This document shows, piece by piece, positions 14,501 through 26,500 of a DNA stretch of 64,000 nucleotides (position 1 is the first letter of the stretch; each line of letters begins with the position of its first letter). The notes beneath the pieces are model-generated. The model did not search any database and was not told the origin of the DNA. It was given only the letters and a program-made list of their open reading frames with translations. Source of the DNA: Fimbriosthenelais zetlandica (taxonomy: Eukaryota); contig OZ365110.1 in NCBI GenBank assembly GCA_977030845.1, positions 50,530,001 to 50,594,000 on the forward strand, given 5' to 3'. Position numbers and translations under genes: made by a program.

Positions 14501-17500
14501 TCTTATGAATCTAAGTTTGAGTCCTAATACAAACTATGATCCAAATTAAAGTACCTTGTCCATGGAGCAATTTTTACCTACATCCGGTGGGTATGTCAAT
14601 TGCCTATAATAAGCAATTGATGGGCCAACTGGCATACAATCCGACCTACATCATGAAAATGGCTCAGTGGACTGCATGGTCACTGGGCAAACGCATGTGA
14701 TAGGGGATTACTATCTCAGTATGATACCTTGTATTGTAACAGGTATTCTTGGAGGTGGAAAAGTATGATCTTACAGTCGACACAACGACCAACGTTCACT
14801 GGATGGTGGGACCAAGGACTCTGAGACGTAACAAGAGGAGTTCATCCACATTATGGCTCACCACCACCACAGCCAAAGACGCCCAGTATGCCTTTGAGGT
14901 ATGAACTAAGGTTCAAATTATCCTTTCTTGATTTGTAATTGTATCATGAGCTTGTGGGTACAACGCTTAGATATATCACATAAGTTACTGCTCAAAAACC
15001 TTTACAGGACAATAGTTTAAACATGCACAATTTATATCCACATTTATTTATGCCCTCTGAATGAGAGTATGTTTTGATCCATCATAAAATAAGTGCCAAT
15101 GTTAATACCTCAAAAAATTGATCTTATTGACTTTAGTTTTAACTTTTGTAAGAAGCAATATCTCAGAATTGAATAAATAAAGTTTATAATTTGAATACAG
15201 ACCTCCCCCCGAATGTGACTGATGGCTCTCATGATTTTATACTCAAATAAACTATTAAAACCTTCAAAATAACAATGCCCTTGACACTAAGTTTTTCAAC
15301 ATCACAAGTAACTCCACATTTTGATTTATAATGCGATTAACTTGGGCCAATCTTAATTTAACAAGTTGATTCTGGCGCGTGGAATTAGTAGGGGAGAGTG
15401 GTGCTGGTAAGAAAAATCAATCAGTGGGAGTGATGGATTTTTGGGCGGCATGGATAAAAGCAATCGTGGAACTTATACAAGAAAGACAATTACCGGAAAA
15501 CCCCCTGATCACAATTTGGCATGAACAGCGATTACTTGAACTTGTCAAAACAATGTCTGATCCGCTAAAATGATGAGACCCTACATTTAATTTGTACCAT
15601 ATAACTTATCTCTATTACTATGGGAATCACAAATAAATTTACTAGATGTTGTAGGAAGTGCAGACCATGAGTCTATAGATCATAACCTTGTGTTGAAAAC
15701 CTCTTTTCCATACTGTTGCATTTCTGGTCTGATCCAGACTGCAAGAAATCGCGCGGATTGCGGTCCTTTCGGCCAATGGATTTATAACAAAATAGACCAG
15801 CTGCAATGACTGCAAGAACTGCAATGAGCCGCAATGAGAACAGTACTAGAACCGCTACATATAGGCGTAAGAGTTGCAAAGCTCTTGCAGCTTAGAGCCC
15901 CACCATGAATTACCCCTCGGTCTTTATTAAGCAGATATTAAATCATGCATCAACTCTGTGATAGTTCATAAGTTAATTTGTTTTGTTGAACGCAGGAGAC
16001 GGGACTGATAGTGATGACAGACAGGGTACGTCTACACTTCCGTCAGGGTGTCGGAGTACCTCCTGGACCCATCTACCACAGACCTGGACCCGGTCAGTCA
16101 TCAATCTACATTCATTATCCTAATTCACAATGTTAAAGTCCACTTTGATAATGAAGGTGAAACTTGAAAGACTGAACTTTAACGAAAGTAACTTCATGAC
16201 TAGCATTATGGTGCGAACACACCAAAGCTGTTTTCGGGCACATTGCGACTTTTTAGTCTATAAAGTCTATAAAGTGTCTTCACCATGCAACATGGATTAT
16301 ACATCTAAGTGGTCTTTTGGTTGTGCCTCGATTTCGGTGGAATTTGTATGTACTTTGTGTACACTTTCAAAGGCTTTCAAAGAACAAAAAAACAATTTGG
16401 TGTGTACCATTACCAATGTACCATTAACATTAAGCATTCTTATCACTCGCCTGTTTTTTAATATGCCTCAGTTTCGTCTGTCAATGGCCCATATGTAATT
16501 TAATGGCCAACTGTTGTATGAAAGAAATGGACCTTATGATCGGGTAACCCAATGGACATCACACTTTGAGCCCCATGTACACTGAGCCGTTGACGCTTAT
16601 GTTATATGACTGAATTGCATGATGAAAACAGGCCAGTGGAGCCGGGGCCTTAGTCCTCAGTTCGTCTATTATATAACACTATAGCATGGGTATTCAATCA
16701 CTGCCTTTTCACTGAGAAGCCTGTCTATTTGTCTGGCATTATTAAGATATCAGTGTGAAAAACAAGCCCAGCCCAGCCTCAGGCAGCAATCTCACGAATG
16801 AAAAGCTCCCAGCATGATTTACTCTCAGTCCATGTTCAGCTCCAGTCACGGGAAAAGATTGAGAGCTATTGATTAAATTCACAAACCATGTTCTTTTTTT
16901 CTGCTTGTATAATTTAATTAATGGCTTCAGGATATTACCAAGTGGCATCCATGGGGAGTCCGTGGGAAGAGCCCAAGGCCAAACCAGTGAGCACATCACG
17001 AAGAAAGAAGCGATCCTTCTTTCCCGAGACCTGGATCTGGAGATGCTTCAATGCCAGGTTCAAATTTAATTAGATTAACAGATCATTCCATGTAGTTATA
17101 CAGTTAATAGCTAATTTGGTACAGCTTACAATGGTTCCAATATATATATTAGAGTTAAATTCTGCCATCTAATGTTGAAAACTACTTTAAAAAATACGAA
17201 TAACTTTGGTTTTGCTGCCCCTTGCTCGGGAAAACCAGACATAGGTCAAGTAAAACACCCAGTAGATATGAGATTTAAAAAAAATAATTTCCTCAATATC
17301 TATTGCACTGAGGTTATGAGACCGATATTTAATCATGTTTTTCATTATCTTCATGTTCAGCACTGACACTGTGGTGTCCCTGGATGCCCCAGACACAATC
17401 ACAACTTGGCAGATAGAGGGATTCTCACTGTCGCCAGAAAAAGGTCTGGTACTAGCAGACCCGACTCAGATGAGGACCTACAAAGCTTTCTTTGTTGATT

Positions 17501-20500
17501 TTAATCTTCCTTATTCTGTGATACGAGGAGAACAAGTGAAGATTCCTCTCACCATTTATAACTACCTTCATTCATGTGTTAGGGTGAGTTTATTATCAAT
17601 AATAATATTCATTTTCTTGCACTGGTTCAATTTTCTGTCGAACTGGAAGAAATCTTGAATGGACAAAACACACAAAGGTTCAATTTCATTGTATATGTGC
17701 TGTTAATGAGAAAATGTTAAGAGAAATAAATAACTTGTGGGAAATGTAAACTGTCAATTACTGCAGCAATTTCTTCGATTGCTTTTTAGGCAATTTGAGG
17801 AACTTGTGTTCATTTTCCGAAATTTGATTTTTTTTTCAGGTGCAGTTGACCATTCATACACCAGAGGGGGGTGTTGTGGTACCCACTCACGATATTCAAA
17901 CTCTGTGTATCGGGGCTGAAGAGTCCCAAACTGTGACGTCAGTACTTGTTTTTGGTGGGCTTGGACATCATAATATTACAGGTACACATGTCATGAAATC
18001 CTAATGACTACCGGACCCATCAAATCGACGATTTTACTATAATGACATCCCTAAATGAGCATAACACCAATAATAGTTGCAAAGGTTGAAGTCTATAATA
18101 GTCATGTGGCATCAAATGTCCAATTTGCACTGAGCAATGGTATAATATCAGGTTACACGTATCAGGAAAGCATCTCAGTGGACTTGGTCTTAATGCATGG
18201 TATCCAGTAACATCAGAATCACCATAATTATTTGAGTATTATTATTTGAGTATTGTTATTTGTATTTGTTATTTTCCTAGCTGAGGCTAAAGCGTATGAT
18301 GACAGCCGCTGCTGCTCGGGGACATACAGTGAACTAAAGGCTGATGATGACGTCATCGCCTATGATCACGTGACGAGAAAAATACACAGCGAACCTGAAG
18401 GGATCACGAAACATTATGTACACTCAGTGTTCTTCTGTCCCAATGGTAAGCTCACATAACTTTGTTGTTCCTTCCTTATTCATAAAGTGTGTAACCGTAT
18501 GTTTCGGTTTTACGATGTAGTAAGGGGCCCTGGATCAGACTGCAGGGCCACTTATAACATCACAAATTCCCCATGCCCAACTGTTTTCACATACAATATG
18601 AAAGAACTTTAGTAGGTCTATGGTTTTAACTTGTATAATCATCCTTAACACTTTGCTGCATGAACATAGGCATAAGCATTGTTATACAACAAGGGGATCC
18701 TGAAATTTCTAGTGGTATAGGGGTAGGCCTACCATGTGGGCCTTTTTTCATACGTCTATACCCATGCAGGATGGTCGAAATACACTCAACATTGAACAAT
18801 AAGTGTTAGAAAACAGTAAAAAGAAAATATGATTATGAGATGCTAATCTGGAGGTGAGATAATTAGTCAGGGTTGTTGGCTTAGAGAGATGCCTTTGTTT
18901 TAGAGAGAATCCACCTGTCCACACCTAACAAGTACGAGTTCCAGTACATCCGCTACAAGCAGACGGTCACTTCCGTCTTCTTCTCTGCGCGTGCTCACAA
19001 TGACGTCAGAGTTTCCCTCTCGACTGAACCACGTGACAATGACGATATGTACGAGATTGTCATCGGAGGCTGGTCCAACAGCCAGACGTGGATAGCTAGA
19101 GGCAAAGAAGGTAGGCTTTATTAAAGCCAGGTCTTTTCTTCTGTGATTTTGCTTGCGATACTACTAGTACTAACTGCGACAAAGGTGATGCCTGTATAGG
19201 AATAAAATTTGTAAATTGTGGTTTTTTGAAGGGTTGCTGCTGAACCTTCACCACAACACGTGCTAAAATTCTATAATAAACATTATGCAGGTAAACGCCT
19301 CAGCATGGTCAGCACGAAAAATATTGTCTCCAATGATGATTTCACCAGTTTCTGGGTGAGCTGGCAGGACCAGGAGATTCAGGTGGGTCATTTTGTGAGG
19401 GGTGCTCATGTTGTGCTCTATTTGTGAGTTGTATTGCAAATCATAATGGCAGATGGGGCCATAGAAAAGCCAGCCACAAGGGCTTGCTGCAACAAAAATG
19501 CAACATTTGCAAGGGAAAAGAACCTTAGTGTGAAACTTGGGGAAACATGTTCCAAATCTACCCTTGTGTCTTTCCTTCTACATACAGGTTGGTATAGGCG
19601 AAGAGATGTCCAACACCAGTGTTCTTGTCACTTATGACTCGGAGGACAAATTGGTTGTAAAATATCTGGGTTTCTCTACAGGCTGGGGATCAGCCGGGGA
19701 ATTCAGGATCTGGCAGAATTCAGGTAAAGCAACGTTCTTTATTATGAAATAACCATCTTCAGTAATACTTGATCTAAGAGATGATCTTGAGGCACAAGTT
19801 TTTGTTACGTTATTTTTCAGATATGGATGGAACTTATGGCGAGGTTTTCACTTTGGTCCTTCCTGAAAATGTAGTTCCTGGATCAGAGAGAGCGATTGCT
19901 ACAATTACTGGTGAGTTTTTGTTAGTAGGGCCAGCACAGGGCCTAGGGTATAGCCATAGAAGTTAAAGCATACATTAAATCAGCACACTGTACAATGACC
20001 TAAAATTCGGCCTTTTGGTGATGCATACTGCCATCTTACAACAGTTACAGTTAACTGTAGTCGCCAATCTTGGATGTACAATGGGGAAATTGTCAGTTAA
20101 ATTTGCAAATGTGCAAAATTTGCAACAGGTGTCACAAAACGTTGAAAAAGGCTGCATGCAAGAGAGTGATGGTTCTCACACCAGAGCAATGGTTGTCACA
20201 AAATGTCCAAAATATTAGGCAATTTAACATAAAGACAATGCATTGGTTTCAGGGGATGTTATGGGACCAAGCATTAAGAACCATGACCGCTTGGTTTCCC
20301 TGCCTTATGGGTGCGGGGAGCAAAATATGATCAACTTTGCACCCAATACTTACATCCTGGTGTATCTAGAGAAGACAGGAGGGCTGGAGCAATCATTCAG
20401 GGAGGAAACATACGAGGACCTCGTTAAAGGTAAACGAATGTATAATGTGAATAGAATGTATAAGACTTCTTAATTACATAGCTTTAGAGCCAATTTTGGG

Positions 20501-23500
20501 AGGTGCTGACCAAGTCGGTAGTAGCTCAGAAGTATGCGACGTTGGAAACATTCAAAAGTGTTTTGAAGTCTACAATTCAGATATTGGGTTTGTAAGAGCT
20601 GTGGAGATCCCTCCTAGCTATGGCCCGTTTCTTAGTTAAATAATGAGTGCATAATGAATGCATTTTTAGTGAGATTTGCACTAATAGATAGCTAAGAAAC
20701 GGCCGTTAACAAATGCAACAAACTCAACTAGAACAAATAGGGCTAAATAAGAATGCAAGCCTGGGCTACATTTTGGCGCATTAAATTTAGGGATAAAAGT
20801 GAGGTTTTAATGCATTTTGCAGTACATTTGTTCTCTCGTTATTTAACTAAGAAACGGCCCCTTGGAGGTCGTCTATTACACATCAGAGTGAATATTGTTT
20901 TGCCATTTTGTTGAGTGCAAACCAACTGTTGTATCCTAGGATACCAACGGCAGCTGACGTACAGAAGAGAGGATCACTCATACAGCGCGTTTGGAGACAG
21001 AGATGCCGTGGGTAATATGTGGTAGGTACGATATAACGCTAGTTCTGTATGATGTGAAATATCCTCTGCTTTTGGACCACTCTATAATGTTTGTAACATC
21101 AAGGCTAATTCTGTTCAGTACACATGAGTTTCAGTGCTATAGTACAGTGCTGCCAGTCTATATTATATGCTCGTACATTGGTCAAGCTTGTAGAATAATT
21201 TAATAATTGACACTGGCAGCCTCACTGGAATCGGCAATTATCTCCTTTCATTGCATTCCTGAGCAAAAACGGACCATCTTTTTTCTAAACATATATCAGA
21301 ATCCTACATGACATGCCCTTGTTCTATGTTTTACATGGTGTCCAGTACTCCGACACTGCTTTCTTTGAATAATCCCAAATATGCTGTTTACAGTACTGGT
21401 CTTATCTTTTCAATAAAAAGCTTTAGAATCATAGGCAGTGCTTGATTTTATGCTAGTCTTCATGTTTTTTTTGTGACAGGTTGACAGCGTTTGTTCTCCG
21501 ATCTTTCGCCCAAGCCCGTGAGTTCATCTACATAGATGAAGACGAGATCAACAGTGGCATAGAATGGATCATTGATCATCAACGGCGCGATGGCCACTTC
21601 CCGCAAACAGGCCGATTAATTAACAAACATATACAGGTACTTACTACAAACACTCATTATTAAAGAGGCAAACCTTGCCAATTTCCCTATGTAACATTCA
21701 AAAGTTGGTAGCTGCCTTCTTGCAATATATTGCTATATATAGTTTAGCAATGGACAATATTGACAGGCCAACCTAATGTATATCAATGACTGTCAATGAA
21801 TTTTGTCAATGGTTCTCAGGACCCCGCTCCCAATTGGTTCTAAATCTTGTCCTGTACATACTTACTTACCAAGATATTTTGATGTATTCCAGGGTGGATT
21901 TGTGAGCAAGGTTTCCTTGACTGCATTTGTTACTACGGCTCTACTTGAAGCAGGTAGGAAATCAAAGGTAAGATTTGCCAATCTGTGAATGAAATAATTT
22001 GAATAAGGCAAGGTCCAACGAAAAAACATTTTCATTACCAATTTAACCTGAAGTAAAATTTAATGCTGGGCCTCATATAAGAAGCACCAACCAATGTTTC
22101 TGAATCATCTTGGACTTGTCTTTCAGAAGCAGCAGAACGCGCTGGCTGCAGCCAAGAGTTATTTAGAATCGCATCTCCATCTGGTGGAAGATCCCTACAC
22201 TACAGCACTAACGTCTTACGCTCTGAGCCTACTGGGCTCTCAGCACACAGGCTCTCTGCTCAAGTCTCTCAACCAAATGGCCACTCACAAAGGTGATTCA
22301 CATAGGCCTATGTGCACTCAGCCAGTTTATTGAATATATGTCGGGATAGACCTTTTTTTGCAATTGATTGGCTAAGACAATGTATGTCAAGAAAGCCATT
22401 ATGATATTGGACTGTTATAGGGAAACATAAGTCATTGCTGGGTCGACTGATATGATTTCAATATTTAAAATAATCTAAACTTTTTTTTTCAGATGGCTTT
22501 ACTTACTGGAAACTCCATGATACAGGACTAGACCTGAAAACACCCTCCGACGAAAAACAGGAAGATCTAGGTGGTGTTACACACTTGGTTATTGTTATGA
22601 ATTTTACAATTCTTTCAAATTAATTTAATTCTTGTGGCCTGCAAGAGGAGTTCCCTACTTTCTTGCTGCAGCAGTGCAGCATCCACTTTATTTGCAAGCA
22701 GTGAAAACTCAAGTGGATCTGCCCAAAAAATGCATTAACTACAAGTGCAGCAAAGTGGCAAGAAATGCATGGCCAAAGTCCTTAGTGGAATTACCCACGC
22801 AGGACCACCAATTGAATATTCTATAATTGAGTATAATATATACTATTTTGCTCACAGTGTCGGCAGCTGAAGTGGAGACAGCCAGTTATGCTCTCCTGAC
22901 ATATGTCAAACTAGCCAGGATCACCACAGCACTGCCAGTTGTCAAATGGTTGTCACAGCAACGGAACGCGCAAGGCGGCTTTATTTCCACTCAGGTAATT
23001 GCTTGTAGTGCGCCGGAGCAAGCAGGGTTCAGAGTTCTATCGACAAGTCCATATCTCATAGCGTTATTGTCGGTGCATTCATGGGTTTCTGCCCTAGAAG
23101 CATCTATACAAACTTTCACTTTTGATGACTCCATCTCTCTGTCTGTTATCGTGAATTTGTCATCAAGCTATACAAGCTATCTTTTGCTTTCTAACCATTT
23201 TCCCATAAAAATTCAAATTGCAGTATTTCTTATCTTGTATAATCCAGTATAGCTGCCAGACTTTTGAAGCTTATGACTTCCATCTCAGTCTGCTATCTTA
23301 CATTTTTATTTCATTTTTATTTCTAATAAAATATTGTCACTTTCCTCCCCAACACATTTGGGTCCTGTACATTCAGAACCAAGATTTTGGACTGATAAAA
23401 GCTCTATAGGCCCCTAGGCCCTACGCTCTTGAATCATATTTCAAAAGGGACACTTTAAGGTGCCGATTCTCCAATTCTTACCTCTAAAGGCCTCATATAT

Positions 23501-26500
23501 ACATATAAATGTTGTTTTCAGGATACTTGCGTCGCCTTACAAGCCTTGGCCCAGTATGCTGAAGTGATACACAGTAGCCGTCTCAATCTGACAATCTCTC
23601 TGGCATCCACCAATATGGACCTCCAGGAACGCTTACTGATGACTGAGGAGAACAGTGCCATCCTCCAGTCAGCTACCATCCCCTCACTACCTACTGGTCT
23701 CTTTGTCAACGCTGAGGGTGAAGGATGTGCACTCCTCCAGGTATGTGTGGGGCCCCCTCGGATTCAAATTTGGAATCGGCTGTGAATAATGGCTGATAGT
23801 CTGCTTGGGTTTGCTCTCATGTTATATAAGTTTTTCTTGGGACATCAGGCGCGGATTTAGGGGGGGACGCCCCCCCCCCTATTTCTTGAGGGTTAACTTA
23901 ACCTTAACCCTAGGTTTAAGCATAGGGTTAACCCTAACCCTAGTGTAAACGCTAACCCTAGGTTTAGGGTTAACACTAACCCTAACCCGGCGCCCCCCTT
24001 TTGAAAAATCCTTGATCCGCCCCTGGACACAGTTGCAAGTGATTATAGTCCCAAGTCCCGAGTGCCAATGGCCTTGTGACCAGACTATATATTATTGGAA
24101 GACCCCATATGAGATGCAACTGCCTCCCAATTCAAATTTTCAATAGTTTGCATATATATGATCTGGACATGGGGTTGTATACTATGCAGTCCCTTCCAAC
24201 TTCAGGATAGTACTGAAAAGGGCTGATAATAAGAATTTTATAAATTACTACTTGAAAACAAAAGTAATCATTGTTTTTCCACATACTAAGTTTAGACATT
24301 GTGTGTTATTCAGGTGGATGTCTCGTACAATGTTGCTGATATCGCTGATGAGCCAGCCTTCACCATTGATGTAAGACTAGGGAAGCAGTGGAGAAAACAA
24401 CGAAACACCTCACATGAGTCTATCCACCTACCAGCCTACCCACTAGGCTACGGCATAGAAGAGTTCAGAGTCAACATTGAAGTTTGTACCAGGTTAGTAA
24501 AGACCTTTCATACTTACAATTATCACAATTATAGCTTGTAAGCCCATACACAACTCAGCTGGATTATACATTGCCGCCTACTTGCATTTTATGTACAGTA
24601 ACTCATGTACACAGACCCAAAACAACTTCCCAAAATGACGCGACTATTTCGAGCAAAAAGTATGACGTAACACAATTCAGAAGCCCAGTTTTCAGTGGGC
24701 AATCTTGTGTGCATTTCAACTGCACTATCTAGGCTATAGTATGCATGTCCCATATAGCCCACAAAATTATAGAATACTGCACAGGTCTGTGGTTGGAAAG
24801 ACCAATATAATTCAAGTTCTTAAGTCTTGGTTCCTTACATACTTATATAAGCTTACTCACTTACATACTAACTTATCTAGTAACTTACTTATAATCTGCA
24901 TGGGACCTCCACTTTGTCTTCCTCTTGCAACCCACTTCATCCACGAATGCCTTACCATGCAGCAATGCTATGTTTGGACATCTCTCTTACAGATGGCAGC
25001 ACGTGGGTTCATCCAATATGGCCGTCCTCGAGGTGTCGCTGCTGAGCGGCTTCCGGCCTGTAGAACCAACACTGAACAAACTGCTGAGTCATGGCCAACT
25101 CAAACTGAAACGTTACGAGATAGAAGACAAGAAAGTTCTCTTTTATTTTGATGAGGTACCGACCCTGGTCCATATGTTCAATCTAGAAATAAATCTCATT
25201 ATGTGGAATTAGTTTTTTTGCTAATGGATCAGGAAAGACTTTACATGTAGGCTTATGTTTGTGTTTTGTACAGATTCGTGGGAATTGCTTGACCTGTGTC
25301 AGCTTTGAGACCTACAGAACGTATGTGGTGGGGAAGACACAGCCTGTTCCTGTGAAGATATACGATTACTATGAACCAGGTACATTGCAATTTAAGGACA
25401 GCCAAAGACATTTTATGACAAGTAAAGAGACAGGTCCTTAGTTCAATTCAACCATTAGGCAACTGACACTGAAAAAAAGATATTTGATTTTGCTATGGAA
25501 GGCACTGTGTCAAGGCTGCTGATCTTTCCAATTTTTTCCATTCTTTTTGTAGTAAGGTATACCATTTGTCTTTGCAGCTTATGATGCAATTACCTTCTAC
25601 AATGCTAGTAATATTGGCCACTTGACAGAAGAATTATGTGAAGATGAAATCTGCAATCAAATCAAGGAAAATGTAGACATGCCAGGTATGTATTTTTGTT
25701 GACCTTTGGTACAACTAAAGTATTTTACTAACATTCAACACCATATCAAATTCCCATGTCGACAAATCCATTTTTATGAGCACCATTTGGCCCATCAATT
25801 GCTTATGGACTTGCCAACTTGCCAAATAATGCCTTTTACGGGACGTACACCTTAGACCTATTACAATCACCCAAAGTAATTTATAGAAAAAGTGTAATAT
25901 TGTTCTCAGTGGATTCAAATATTCTTTGCTTTTTTGTCACAAGGCCTTTTCACAATCATGAATCTAACCAAGAGTTGGTCGTTATCTGGAACACCACCTA
26001 TCCCATTCGTATCATTACTATTAGATTGATTGTAGTTCTGCTAGTTTTTGTCTTGTGCCTTACCAAATCAGCATCTATAGGATGAATCAATAAAGCCTCA
26101 TCCCTATAGTTAACATTATCCGTTCTTTCTGAGAGCGCCTGAGCTATAATTGCTATGGTGGATACTTTTCGTGACCAAATACAAATAAGACCCAAATTAC
26201 CCGGCTCTGTTGGCAGGGCCATATTCTCTTTCCAATAAGAAATCCATCATTGCTCCTGCACATATGTATGGCCTGCCAGCTCATATCCCTCTTATTGATC
26301 ATGATATTGCTAGAATCCGACGATGACTGCAACACGATATTCGGCTGCTACGGTGCGGAGACTGATCATGGGGACTATGAGCGATGTTCCTGTTATCGCG
26401 ATTGTCATCACAGCGGTCCCAAAGTTTGTGCATCAGACGGGCACATACACGCTAATCTCTGCCGGCTGGAGGTAGAGGCGTGTAGAAGGGGATCTCATAT

